Shown: positions 32,090 through 41,944 of the stretch, one piece after another
Numbering within the stretch: the stretch's first letter is position 1
Layout of the letters: each line of letters starts with the position of its first letter
Source of the DNA: an uncultured Prevotella sp.
GTDB taxonomy: Bacteria; Bacteroidota; Bacteroidia; Bacteroidales; Bacteroidaceae
Length of the DNA: 54,809 nt
Assembly: GCA_937874345.1 (NCBI GenBank)
Contig: CALNBT010000053.1
Location: forward strand, 1 to 54,809
Direction of reading: 5' to 3'
Made by a program: the position numbers and the translations under genes
The notes under the pieces: model-generated
What the model was told of the DNA's origin: nothing
The model's input: only the letters and a program-made list of their open reading frames with translations
The model's database searches: none

Positions 32090-32212
32090 GTTATTATTCT
32101 TTAATCATTCTTTATCCATCTAAAATCCAAGAATCTGACAAACATTTCTTATATTTGCAAATGGATAAATCATTGCAAAAATACATATTAATATCGATAA
32201 AAAGGATGAATC

Positions 32213-32785
32213 ATGGCAAAAGTATATGAATTTTTAGCCGAAGGTTTTGAAGAGGTTGAAGGCTTGGCACCAGTAGATATCCTCCGAAGAGGAGGCGTTG
32301 ACATCAAAACCGTAAGCGTAACCGGTTCTCAATGGGTCGAATCTTCCCATGGGGTTACATTTAAAGCAGATTTACAGTTCGAGGACATCTCCCATTTTGA
32401 CGATGCCGACATGCTGATACTTCCAGGTGGAATGCCTGGTGCAGTGCATCTCAAAGAGCACAAGGGACTGAATGAACTATTACAGAAACACTTCAAGCAA
32501 GGTAAACGAATTGGCGCCATTTGTGCAGGTCCAATGGTTTTAGGTAATCTGGGAATATTGAAAGGAAAACGAGCAACATGCTATCCCGGATTTGAAAAAT
32601 ACCTGGAAGGAGCAGAATATACAGGTGAACTTATTACAGTAGACCAGAATATCACGACAGCAAAAGGTCCTGCCGCTGCATTTATATTTGGGTTCTACAT
32701 CCTGACCCAAGTAACATCCATGGAGAATGCTGCCAAGGTGAAGGATGGAATGCTGATCAACGAACTGGCAGCATTGCACATTTAA
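32213..32785 (+). CDS. DJ-1/PfpI/ThiJ (YajL-like) family protein
   Basis: Motifs GFEEVE, LPGGMPGA, AICAGP (nucleophile-elbow Cys) and ATCYPG. Confidence 0.92.
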   Translation: MAKVYEFLAEGFEEVEGLAPVDILRRGGVDIKTVSVTGSQWVESSHGVTFKADLQFEDISHFDDADMLILPGGMPGAVHLKEHKGLNELLQKHFKQGKRIGAICAGPMVLGNLGILKGKRATCYPGFEKYLEGAEYTGELITVDQNITTAKGPAAAFIFGFYILTQVTSMENAAKVKDGMLINELAALHI

Positions 32786-32796
32786 CCCGAAAATAC

Positions 32797-33471
32797 ATGG
32801 ATTATATCATCATCGTTGCAGGTGGAAAAGGAGCCAGAATGGGCACAGACCTCCCCAAACAGTTTCTGGCTGTAGGAGGAAGACCTATGCTGATGCACAC
32901 CATTCAACGGTTTTACGATTACGATTCGAAGCTAAACATCATCCTTGTTCTGCCGCATGAACAACAGGAATATTGGAGACAGTTATGCGAAAACAATCAG
33001 TTTGAAATCAAGCACACGGTCGTTGACGGCGGGGCAACGCGCTTCGAATCGTCCAAGAACGGATTAGCTGTTATTCCGGATGATGCAGATGGAGTGGTTG
33101 GAATCCACGATGGCGTACGACCATTTGTTTCTTTCGAAACCATCGAGCGATGTTATGAAACTGCCAGAGACGAATATGCGGTGATTCCTGTGATGCCCGT
33201 TACAGATACTTTACGTTACATCGACAGCCAAGGTGGTGGGAAAAATGTTTTGAGAAGCGATTACCGTATCGTTCAAACACCTCAGACATTCGACATCAAC
33301 CTCGTCAAAAAAGCTTTCGAACTGCCCTATCAAGAATCGTTTACCGACGACGCATCGGTCGTAGAAGCTTTGGGGTGTACGGTTGGAATGGTAGATGGCA
33401 ACAGGGAAAATATTAAAATCACAACCCCGTTTGACTTAATAATAGCAGAAACACTTATCCACACGAAATGA
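32797..33471 (+). CDS. ispD: 2-C-methyl-D-erythritol 4-phosphate cytidylyltransferase
   Basis: Motifs AGGKGARMG..PKQF, HDGVRP, QTPQ, TDDASV and NIKITTPFD. Confidence 0.93.
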   Translation: MDYIIIVAGGKGARMGTDLPKQFLAVGGRPMLMHTIQRFYDYDSKLNIILVLPHEQQEYWRQLCENNQFEIKHTVVDGGATRFESSKNGLAVIPDDADGVVGIHDGVRPFVSFETIERCYETARDEYAVIPVMPVTDTLRYIDSQGGGKNVLRSDYRIVQTPQTFDINLVKKAFELPYQESFTDDASVVEALGCTVGMVDGNRENIKITTPFDLIIAETLIHTK

Positions 33472-35570
33472 CAAATATCCTGGATCAGGACATCAAATAC
33501 CTTACTGGGGTTGGCCCAAAGCGAAAGGAGATATTGGAGAAAGAACTTCATATCTCTACATGGGGCGACCTGCTCGAATATTACCCTTACAAATACGTTG
33601 ATCGGAGCCGCATCTATCGCACGACTGAACTACAAGGCAACATGCCTTTTGTCCAAATAAAAGGCAAGATTCTGAGCTTTGAGGAATTTGCCATGGGCGG
33701 GCGCAAGAAGAGGGTGGTAGCTCATTTCAGCGACGGTGTGGGTGTTGTCGATCTGGTATGGTTTCAGGGCGCTCAATATATATACAAAACCTATAAGGTA
33801 AACGAAGAATATATTGTTTTCGGGAAGCCAACAGTATATGGTGGCAGATACCAATTTGCCCATCCAGATATAGACAAGGCCGCAGACCTGCAGCTGTCAG
33901 AGATGGGGATGCAGCCCTATTATATCACCACCGAACGGATGAAAAATGCAGGACTTCAGTCAAGGGCTGTCGAAAGGCTTACCAAGTCTTTGGTTGAAAA
34001 ACTTGTTTCTGTTGAAATAACAGAGACACTGCCTCCCTATATCACCAAGCCTCTTCGCCTGATTTCAAAGAAAGAAGCGATTAGCAAAATCCATTATCCA
34101 CAAAACCTTGCAGATGTGCAAAAGGCACAGTTAAGGTTGAAATTCGAAGAATTATTCTATGTTCAGCTGAATATTTTAAGGTATGCCAGCGATCATCGAC
34201 GGAAGTTCAAAGGATATATTTTCCAAAAGGTTGGTGCAACATTCAATCTTTTCTATCGAAACAACCTGCCTTTCGAATTGACTAATGCCCAGAAAAGAGT
34301 TGTGCACGAAATACGTGACGACATGATGACTGGCAGGCAAATGAACAGACTGATACAAGGAGATGTGGGCTCTGGCAAGACACTGGTTGCACTGATGTCG
34401 ATGCTCATTGCTATTGACAATGGTTTCCAGGCATGCATGATGGCTCCGACAGAAATCTTGGCCGAGCAACATTTTGTGACCATCAAACATTTTTTGCGTA
34501 ACATGGATGTTCGGGTGGAATTGTTGACAGGAATGGTGAAGGGTAAAAAACGGCAGGATGTCTTCACTGGTTTACAGAACGGAACGGTAAATATCCTCAT
34601 TGGCACCCATGCCATCATCGAGGATAATGTTCAATTTTCTCGCCTAGGACTCGCTGTTATTGACGAACAGCACCGCTTTGGTGTAGCCCAACGAGCCAAA
34701 CTTTGGGCAAAGAGTCTGCAACCACCACACATACTGGTGATGACGGCAACCCCTATTCCGCGTACACTGGCCATGACCATTTATGGCGACCTTGACGTCA
34801 GTGTGATTGACGAACTGCCACCAGGAAGAAAGCCGATTCTAACAACACACACATACGACAACCAGATGGTCAGCGTATACCAGGGTATACGCAACCAAAT
34901 CAACAGAGGTCGGCAAATATACATCGTGTTTCCCTTGATAACAGAGAGTGAAAAGATGGACTTGAAGAATCTGGAAACAGGTTATGAATCGCTTTGCGAA
35001 ATCTTTCCCGACTTAAAATTGAGCAAGGTTCATGGTAAAATGAAGTCGAAGGAGAAAGACGAAGAAATGTTGAAATTCATCAAAGGGAAAACGCAAATTC
35101 TGGTTGCGACCACAGTGATTGAGGTAGGTGTCGATGTTCCCAATGCCTCTGTCATGATAATTCTTGATGCACAACGCTTCGGCTTGTCACAGCTCCACCA
35201 ATTAAGAGGACGGGTTGGACGGGGCGCTGAACAGAGCTATTGCATTTTAGTGACCAATCATCAGTTGACAAAGGAGACACGGAAACGCATCAACATTATG
35301 TGTGAAACCAATGATGGATTCCAAATTGCCGAAGCAGACCTCAAACTTCGAGGGCCCGGTGACTTGGAGGGAACGCAGCAAAGTGGCATCGCATTTGATC
35401 TAAAGATTGCGGATATTGCCCGTGACGGACAGATTGTTCAAATGGCCAGAACTGAAGCCCAAAAGATAATTGATGCAGATCCTTTATGCGAGAAGCAGGA
35501 ATACAGCATGCTATGGAACAGATTAAACGAATTGAGAAAAACAAATGTCAATTGGGCAGCCATTTCCTAA
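33468..35570 (+). CDS. recG: ATP-dependent DNA helicase RecG
   Basis: Wedge/OB domain; motifs QGDVGSGKT, DEQHRFG, MTATPIPRTL, QLHQLRGRVGRG and DLKLRGPG. ATGA overlap with ispD. Confidence 0.97.
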   Translation: MTNILDQDIKYLTGVGPKRKEILEKELHISTWGDLLEYYPYKYVDRSRIYRTTELQGNMPFVQIKGKILSFEEFAMGGRKKRVVAHFSDGVGVVDLVWFQGAQYIYKTYKVNEEYIVFGKPTVYGGRYQFAHPDIDKAADLQLSEMGMQPYYITTERMKNAGLQSRAVERLTKSLVEKLVSVEITETLPPYITKPLRLISKKEAISKIHYPQNLADVQKAQLRLKFEELFYVQLNILRYASDHRRKFKGYIFQKVGATFNLFYRNNLPFELTNAQKRVVHEIRDDMMTGRQMNRLIQGDVGSGKTLVALMSMLIAIDNGFQACMMAPTEILAEQHFVTIKHFLRNMDVRVELLTGMVKGKKRQDVFTGLQNGTVNILIGTHAIIEDNVQFSRLGLAVIDEQHRFGVAQRAKLWAKSLQPPHILVMTATPIPRTLAMTIYGDLDVSVIDELPPGRKPILTTHTYDNQMVSVYQGIRNQINRGRQIYIVFPLITESEKMDLKNLETGYESLCEIFPDLKLSKVHGKMKSKEKDEEMLKFIKGKTQILVATTVIEVGVDVPNASVMIILDAQRFGLSQLHQLRGRVGRGAEQSYCILVTNHQLTKETRKRINIMCETNDGFQIAEADLKLRGPGDLEGTQQSGIAFDLKIADIARDGQIVQMARTEAQKIIDADPLCEKQEYSMLWNRLNELRKTNVNWAAIS

Positions 35571-35930
35571 AACAGAATATAGATAAATGGGTATGGATTG
35601 ATTGTTTATGTGAAATATCAATACTCAATGGATCGTCTTTTTCGCTGAATAATTGAAACATTTTTTAGCATTTCGGACATTCTTTATTTTTAGTTAAAAT
35701 ATCTTGAGAAACACCACGTTTTCTTGATTTAGAGCAAGAATTCTGCATTTTTGTAACAATTACAATTGTGTTAAATAGGGAATAAAATCTGTTAATATCA
35801 AAGTTTTATTGAAACATTTTTGTTATATTTGCAAAAATCAATGAAACATTGGACTTTTCTCCTTTCCAATGAATCGTCAAAAGAATATTTCATTTTCTCC
35901 ACTTGGAGACTTGAAACCTAACTTTTTTTT

Positions 35931-36881
35931 ATGAGATTAATGAATAAACTAAAAACGTTTGCTTTCATAGCATTCTTTGTAGCATCAGGGCAAAACGCTT
36001 TCGCGCAAGACTTGTTGGCTAGACAAGCTCCTGTAGATAGGAAGATGAAAGCAGTAGACACTCTTTTACTTCATAACATTATCGAAAAGGAAAACATGGA
36101 GTCGCCTGCAGCCCAGCTTTATGATGAGTGGGATAATCAATATGCTCATCGGTCGACAGCGCTACCCGATTCTTTTAGAATTGACCTCAGACATTTTTAT
36201 ATGCCTACCCCAAGCCGAGTGATTACCAGTAATTTTGGTTCGAGATGGGGGCGCCAACACAAAGGTCTAGATATTAAAGTTTATATCGGCGATACCATCA
36301 GAGCAGCTTTCAGCGGAAAAGTTCGCATTGTTCGATATGAGGCAAGAGGCTATGGAAACTATATCGTCATCAGACACAATAATGGACTTGAGACTATTTA
36401 CGGTCATTTATCCAAACAAATAGTAAGCGAAAACCAAGAAGTTCGTGCCGGTGAACCCATTGGCTTAGGTGGAAACACTGGAAGAAGTACGGGATCACAT
36501 CTCCATTTTGAGACACGTTTATGCGGTGTTGCGTTAAATCCTGCACTGTTATTTGATTTCAAGAATCAAGATGTAACAGGCGATTTCTATACGTTCAATC
36601 GTTCAAAATACGATAAACAATCTGCAGAAGCCAACCGCACACGTGGCAAAGTTGACAAAGGCAACTATGCTGATGATGAAGGAAGAGATGAGATGGCAAG
36701 CAACAATGGTAGCCAAAACTTCTTATTGACAAATCAAGTTAAATACCATAAGGTTGAAGCAGGAGAGACTTTGCAGTCTATTGCCCGCAAACGTGGTGTT
36801 ACGATTGAACAGATTTGTCGCTTGAGTCATATCAGTAAATCTTCCGCAATCCGTCCTGGAACGATTTTGAGGTACTCATAA
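35931..36881 (+). CDS. M23 family metallopeptidase with C-terminal LysM (peptidoglycan endopeptidase)
   Basis: Zn motifs HKGLD, YGHL and STGSHLHFE; LysM YHKVEAGETLQSIA; signal peptide; own -7 box TATATTTG at 35824-35831. Confidence 0.9.
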   Translation: MRLMNKLKTFAFIAFFVASGQNAFAQDLLARQAPVDRKMKAVDTLLLHNIIEKENMESPAAQLYDEWDNQYAHRSTALPDSFRIDLRHFYMPTPSRVITSNFGSRWGRQHKGLDIKVYIGDTIRAAFSGKVRIVRYEARGYGNYIVIRHNNGLETIYGHLSKQIVSENQEVRAGEPIGLGGNTGRSTGSHLHFETRLCGVALNPALLFDFKNQDVTGDFYTFNRSKYDKQSAEANRTRGKVDKGNYADDEGRDEMASNNGSQNFLLTNQVKYHKVEAGETLQSIARKRGVTIEQICRLSHISKSSAIRPGTILRYS

Positions 36882-36978
36882 TAGTGTTCTAACGAAACAG
36901 ATTTAATCCAATTTTTCTCAATTCAAATGTATTTTTTGTAGAACATTTATTGATACAACCCTTTCTATTTTCAATCCG

Positions 36979-37024
36979 GTAGGAGCTAACAATATCAAAT
37001 GATATTTAGCTCCTACTTTGTTTT
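36979..37024 (+). terminator. Terminator hairpin after the M23 peptidase
   Basis: GTAGGAGCTAA (36979-36989) pairs with TTAGCTCCTAC (37006-37016), followed by TTTGTTTT. Confidence 0.7.
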
Positions 37025-37183
37025 GCCGACTCTTGAATTTTGAAATAGCATAAGACGTTTCTATCAATTCAAAGATTGAGAAGACTTTTAGGAAATAATT
37101 GAAGGCAGTAAGATTTTGATTTTATGAAAATCTTCCCCAATCAAACGTTTAATAAATAAATGAGAATATTCAAAAAAAGAAAT

Positions 37184-37960
37184 CTACCTTTTGAAAAGGC
37201 TTCGAATAGCGAACCAGATATGCATACACACCGTTAAAAATAGTCCATAATGTTCACGCATCACCGCGAAACGTTCTTTCAAGGACGAACGATGATTTTT
37301 TGTTGTCATACCTCCATCCAGGAAGTTAACGACAACAGCATGTACATTCTTCAGCTCTAATCCCTGTTGCTGGGCATCCCTCATGATACGAATACACCAA
37401 TCAACATCTGCAGAATAACGATATTCAAGTCGATAGGGATGGCGTTTAGCCAAGTCGACCCGTGCATAAAAGGCCTGATGACACACCAACATGCCACGCA
37501 TAAATGAACGCCAAGAAAGCTTCTTGGGGGGAGACAGTCTTCGATGGCGCAAAAAACGTCCATCGTCATTTACAATATCTGTATCGCCATACAGCACGCC
37601 CGGATTCTCCTCATCTTCACCTACACAGCCCGCAATATGTTCCAACGTATCAACATTTGGGAATACATCTCCTGCATTCAAAAAAACAAGATAGTCACCA
37701 CTAGCTCTCTGGATGCCTTTATTCATTGCATCATATAAGCCTTTGTCGGGTTCTGACCAAACCAATATTTCATGTCTGCTCTCTTGGTTAATAGACCGAG
37801 CTTCATATTCGCGAACAATCTGCATGGTATTATCTTTCGATTCGCCGTCGATAACGAGATGTTCTACTTGTGAGTATTCCTGACTCAAAACGCTGTCAAG
37901 CGTCTTTTGAACCTCATGTTCAGCATTATATGTACAGGTGATTACTGTAAATTTGATCAT
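37184..37960 (-). CDS. GT2 glycosyltransferase (WcaE-like)
   Basis: Motifs IDGESKD, SEPDKGLYDAMNKG, FLNAGD, CHQAF and SADVDW. Confidence 0.88.
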   Translation of the reverse strand: MIKFTVITCTYNAEHEVQKTLDSVLSQEYSQVEHLVIDGESKDNTMQIVREYEARSINQESRHEILVWSEPDKGLYDAMNKGIQRASGDYLVFLNAGDVFPNVDTLEHIAGCVGEDEENPGVLYGDTDIVNDDGRFLRHRRLSPPKKLSWRSFMRGMLVCHQAFYARVDLAKRHPYRLEYRYSADVDWCIRIMRDAQQQGLELKNVHAVVVNFLDGGMTTKNHRSSLKERFAVMREHYGLFLTVCMHIWFAIRSLFKR

Positions 37961-39234
37961 TTTAATTTTTCTTTGAACGACAATTCTTGTTCATATAGTT
38001 CAATATAACGCAAAGCCACATGACCTTGTGCATAATGAGCATGAACCTTTTTGATGCATTTTCTACTCAACTCTTCATAGTCGGTAGATTTATTCAATAT
38101 CCATTGTATTCCTTCTGCAAGCGATTCGGAGTCCTTGAAGCGGGCTACGAAACCATTAGACAGATGATCGATCATCTCAGGAATGCCACCAACATCAAAT
38201 CCAACACAAGGAACACCACACGCCATAGCTTCCATAATGGTATTGGGTAAGTTCTCTGATAAAGATGGAAGAACAAATACATCCACGGCATTGTACACAT
38301 CAACAATCTTGGATGTATCGTTGACATAACCTAAGGAATAGGTAGGAAAAGCAAATTTATCTAATAACTCTTCTGCATGTCCACCCAAAATCACCAAGCC
38401 TATCTGCTCCTTCGCTTCGGGTTGAGCTTTCACCATTTTTTTGCACGCATCAATTAAGTATTGAATGCCCTTATTAGCGTTTGTAATTCGCTGAGATGCA
38501 AAGAGAATCAACTTTCTATCGGTTGGCAAGCCTAAACGCTCGGCAGCTTCTTTCCGGTTATGGGGTGCAAAAACTTTTGTATCAATGGGATTGGGGATGG
38601 TTGTGATGGGGAAATGCTTTAGTAACCCGCTCTGTCTTGCCTGATTGCCCAGCCAATCACTGCAAGTAACAAAGTGTATGCGTCCTTGTGAATATACATT
38701 CTTTTTCCGATTCCAAATCTTTGCTGACAGATCGCGAGCAGACCCGCCGCCAGGCAGATATGGGCAAAAATTGCAATAATCTTTAAACCGTTCACAACTT
38801 AAAGCAAGATGGCAAATTGCTGTTGCAGGCCAAATATCATGCATTGTCCAAACCAGAGGTTTACCACTCTTAAGAATCTTTCGAATGCTCTTCAAGGACA
38901 ACATTCCTTGATTGATCCACTCCAATTGAATGACATCAGCTTCTTTATACTCAGGTAATGAGGTAATATCAGATCCGATATTCGCTATATCCAAATCAAA
39001 AAGATGTCGGCGAGAAAGCCGTAAATGCAAAAAAATGCACCATCGTTCCCACAAAAAATGCCAGCATTTCAATGTCTGGTGTGGCAATTTGACAACTGTC
39101 AACTGATTCGTTTCTTGATCACGCACAAGCATCTTAGCCTTCACACCTTCGTTATTCAAAGCTGTCATTAACCGGTTTGAGGCTAAAGCAGCCCCCCCCG
39201 TTTTCTCGCTTGTATTGACAATTAAGACACGCAT
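37957..39234 (-). CDS. GT4 glycosyltransferase (WcaC-like)
   Basis: GT-B motifs TGGAA, WTMHDIW..TAICH and ENLPNTIMEAMACGVP. ATG at 39234; overlaps the GT2 start. Confidence 0.88.
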   Translation of the reverse strand: MRVLIVNTSEKTGGAALASNRLMTALNNEGVKAKMLVRDQETNQLTVVKLPHQTLKCWHFLWERWCIFLHLRLSRRHLFDLDIANIGSDITSLPEYKEADVIQLEWINQGMLSLKSIRKILKSGKPLVWTMHDIWPATAICHLALSCERFKDYCNFCPYLPGGGSARDLSAKIWNRKKNVYSQGRIHFVTCSDWLGNQARQSGLLKHFPITTIPNPIDTKVFAPHNRKEAAERLGLPTDRKLILFASQRITNANKGIQYLIDACKKMVKAQPEAKEQIGLVILGGHAEELLDKFAFPTYSLGYVNDTSKIVDVYNAVDVFVLPSLSENLPNTIMEAMACGVPCVGFDVGGIPEMIDHLSNGFVARFKDSESLAEGIQWILNKSTDYEELSRKCIKKVHAHYAQGHVALRYIELYEQELSFKEKLK

Positions 39235-39628
39235 CAACTGATTTTTTGAACGATAGCCATGGGCTGGCTTCGGTATTCATTGCATTTCGGCATGACAGAA
39301 ATATTCTGTTGTTGGTTTAAAAACTGATGGTAAAGTTACATCAAATCGTATAAACGGACAAGTATTTAATCATTTTTGTTAAAACCAGCACTTAATTGTA
39401 TTTAGCTGCGATAATGATATCTCAATCCAAATACCGTATCTCATAGATGGATCATCACGATTCTTGATAGATTAGTTGGCATACATCATCTATCATAGAG
39501 GTAAAATAGTACATAAACAAGTACATGGGCGTTGCATGATTCTGTAAGAATTTAACAATGTGCGGGCACACAACTCTTTTGACATAGGTCAAGAAAACGT
39601 CAAAATTGGGGATTATCTCATCAGTTCA

Positions 39629-39660
39629 CTTGCATTGAATGAGAAAAGTGCATATCTTTG
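39629..39660 (+). promoter_or_regulatory. Sigma-A promoter of the candidate sRNA
   Basis: CTTG at 39629-39632, 20-nt spacer, TATCTTTG at 39653-39660. Confidence 0.65.
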
Positions 39661-39665
39661 CATCA

Positions 39666-39856
39666 CCAAAAGGTTAATAGATTGTTTAGGTTAGTAGTAA
39701 TAGATTTAGGTTTTTAGTTATTAAGTTTAAGGTAAATTAAACAGATTGTTTAACAGGTATCAATGAAGACCGTGAGGCTTTCATTTACTTAGAAAAGATT
39801 TTTAGTTAAACATACTTTACGCTGCAGCTCGTTGAGAGTTGCAGCGTAATTTTTTT
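39666..39856 (+). ncRNA. Candidate small regulatory RNA (~190 nt)
   Basis: Has its own promoter and no usable ORF. U/G-rich repeated motifs, a GUGA-loop hairpin (39762-39785) and a strong terminator. The next gene has a separate -7 box at 39886-39893. Confidence 0.6.
39817..39856 (+). terminator. Intrinsic terminator closing the candidate sRNA
   Basis: TTACGCTGCAGCTC pairs with GAGTTGCAGCGTAA (14-bp stem, one G:U), followed by 7 T. Confidence 0.85.
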
Positions 39857-39914
39857 AATTAATCGATAGAATCATTTTTTTTATTTATCTTTGTCCATAT
39901 AATGATTTCAGAAA

Positions 39915-41228
39915 ATGATAAAACGGCTTATCCTATTACTGGTAATGGTTTGGACGTTACAAATATTATCTGCCCAACAGATTGATCAGCGCATCGGACA
40001 ATTGTTAAACACCTCTGATTGGTTTGGGTTGCAAGAAGAATTGCAATCCAATGGTGATGCGATACAAACGCCTTTTTTAAAGCTTTTGGCCGAGACAATG
40101 ATGGCTTATCACGCCAATCAACCCGACAAAGCATTGGTCTGCCTGAACAAACTTCTTGAAAATCACCAAACCGACTTAGGAATCTCGAATGTCGTGAATC
40201 TGCTCACACTGAAATATATCATTCTGAAGAGCATCGGGGCTTACCAACAGATGGACCGCGAATTAAGCATTGCCATCGAACAACTTAAAAAACAAAACGG
40301 CGCAGAAGGACTGGAGATGCTTGAAAACCTCTTTAATATCAACAAGCACTGTATCGGTTATCAGCCCTTGAGTATTTCAAAACCGGCATACGATGTAACG
40401 GTTCCCTTGACCATCGACACCATTCAAGCCAAGCAAACGCTCGAATGGTTTCATCAAAGCACTGCCGATCGCGGGCATATCATGACCATTCCCGTAACGG
40501 TACACGGACAAAAGCATGCGTTTATCTTCGATACTGGAGCCAGCGGTACTTATCTGTCGATGCGTAAAGCAAAGCAATTGGGCGTGAAAATATTTAACGA
40601 CACCACTGTTGTTAACGGCAAAATGCTCATACACGAAGGCTATCTTGACAGTCTTCAGATAGGAAACATCACCATTAGAAACCTCCTTGTATACGTCGGT
40701 ATGCCCAGTGAGACCGACAGTGTCTTCACGTTCGATGCCATCCTGGGCCTTGATTGTCTCAAAGCCATCGGCGAATCACAAATCAACTATGCAGCCCGAA
40801 AGATTGTTTTTCCGGCCCACCCAACCCCGGTTCCGTTGACAGGAAGCAATCTTCTGATCGACAATATTCCGATGTTCAAGGCATATCGGGGGCAGGAACG
40901 ATTGATTTTCAAGCTCGATACCGGTGACGATTCGGCCGAACTCTCACCACGTTATTATCAGACACACCGCCATGAAGTTGACCAATACGGTGTTGCACAG
41001 ACAATCACCAAAGGCTCGTACAACGACATTTCAAACAAACGGGTGGCACTCATCCCGTATATCACATTCGAAGTGGGTTATCGAAAGATGACCATTACCC
41101 CTATTTATGTGTCGACAGATGTCACCGACGCGATGAAACAGAACGATGGTGTCATGGGAATGAAACTGATCCGCCAAACGCGTAAAGTTACCATTAACTT
41201 GAAAGATATGTTTCTGAAATTGGAATAA
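39915..41228 (+). CDS. Secreted tandem retropepsin-like aspartyl protease
   Basis: Signal peptide and helical N-region; two clan AA domains, FIFDTGASGT...AILGLD and FKLDTGDDSA...GVMGMK. Confidence 0.8.
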   Translation: MIKRLILLLVMVWTLQILSAQQIDQRIGQLLNTSDWFGLQEELQSNGDAIQTPFLKLLAETMMAYHANQPDKALVCLNKLLENHQTDLGISNVVNLLTLKYIILKSIGAYQQMDRELSIAIEQLKKQNGAEGLEMLENLFNINKHCIGYQPLSISKPAYDVTVPLTIDTIQAKQTLEWFHQSTADRGHIMTIPVTVHGQKHAFIFDTGASGTYLSMRKAKQLGVKIFNDTTVVNGKMLIHEGYLDSLQIGNITIRNLLVYVGMPSETDSVFTFDAILGLDCLKAIGESQINYAARKIVFPAHPTPVPLTGSNLLIDNIPMFKAYRGQERLIFKLDTGDDSAELSPRYYQTHRHEVDQYGVAQTITKGSYNDISNKRVALIPYITFEVGYRKMTITPIYVSTDVTDAMKQNDGVMGMKLIRQTRKVTINLKDMFLKLE

Positions 41229-41474
41229 CACATTCATCTTTCCATTCTCGTCGAAGGACAAAGCCAAACAAACATCAAAAAGAGCCATGCTTTGGCTCAA
41301 TAAGCATGTTATCCATAGAAAAACCGTTAAAAAAAGTTCTCATCTTACATAAATATCTAAATATACAGGCAAACAACAATATTTGAATTAATAAATGAAA
41401 AATACATTTGGATATTTAATACCTTTTTATGTTCTTTGTAATATAACGAATTATTCACTTGGAATTCTTTAGGT

Positions 41475-41867
41475 ATGAAAACAACGATTAAAACACTATC
41501 AGTAGTATTATTTACAATGTTCTTGGCCATCGGCGCCATCTCTTGCAGTAAGAATACTGACCCGGCCGATGTTGATGTATTTCTTGGAACTTACAAAGGA
41601 TCCATCTCATATGTCACTCTTAATCCTGCCGAGAATATCAGTGCAAGCGATGGAGAAATTATCGTCACCAAAATAGGTGCAACATATTCTTTCCATTTCA
41701 ACAAGAATATCCCAGATCTCAACAATGTAGAATTTTCAAAGAAAGACGCTAATACGCTCGTCAGCATCGGAACCGGCATGAATGGAGCCATTACAATTAC
41801 AAAGTCTAAGCTGACGATGTTGGTTATCAAAGACGGAAAGACCTGGACGGCCAACTGTACAAGGTAG
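41475..41867 (+). CDS. Small hypothetical lipoprotein (beta-rich)
   Basis: Lipobox GAISC followed by SKNTDPADVD; beta-strand-like pattern; followed by a terminator. Confidence 0.75.
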   Translation: MKTTIKTLSVVLFTMFLAIGAISCSKNTDPADVDVFLGTYKGSISYVTLNPAENISASDGEIIVTKIGATYSFHFNKNIPDLNNVEFSKKDANTLVSIGTGMNGAITITKSKLTMLVIKDGKTWTANCTR

Positions 41868-41944
41868 TTTCAGGTATCAATTTTTGTTGAAGCAAAACTG
41901 TTGTAACAACAAAGAACATAACAGCAGCAATGCCGTATGAAAGC

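Noticed and set aside
39658-39717. Mini-ORF TTG-HHQKVNRLFRLVVIDLGF in the candidate sRNA
   Set aside because: Its TTG lies inside the -7 promoter box, upstream of the predicted TSS, so it would not be on the transcript.
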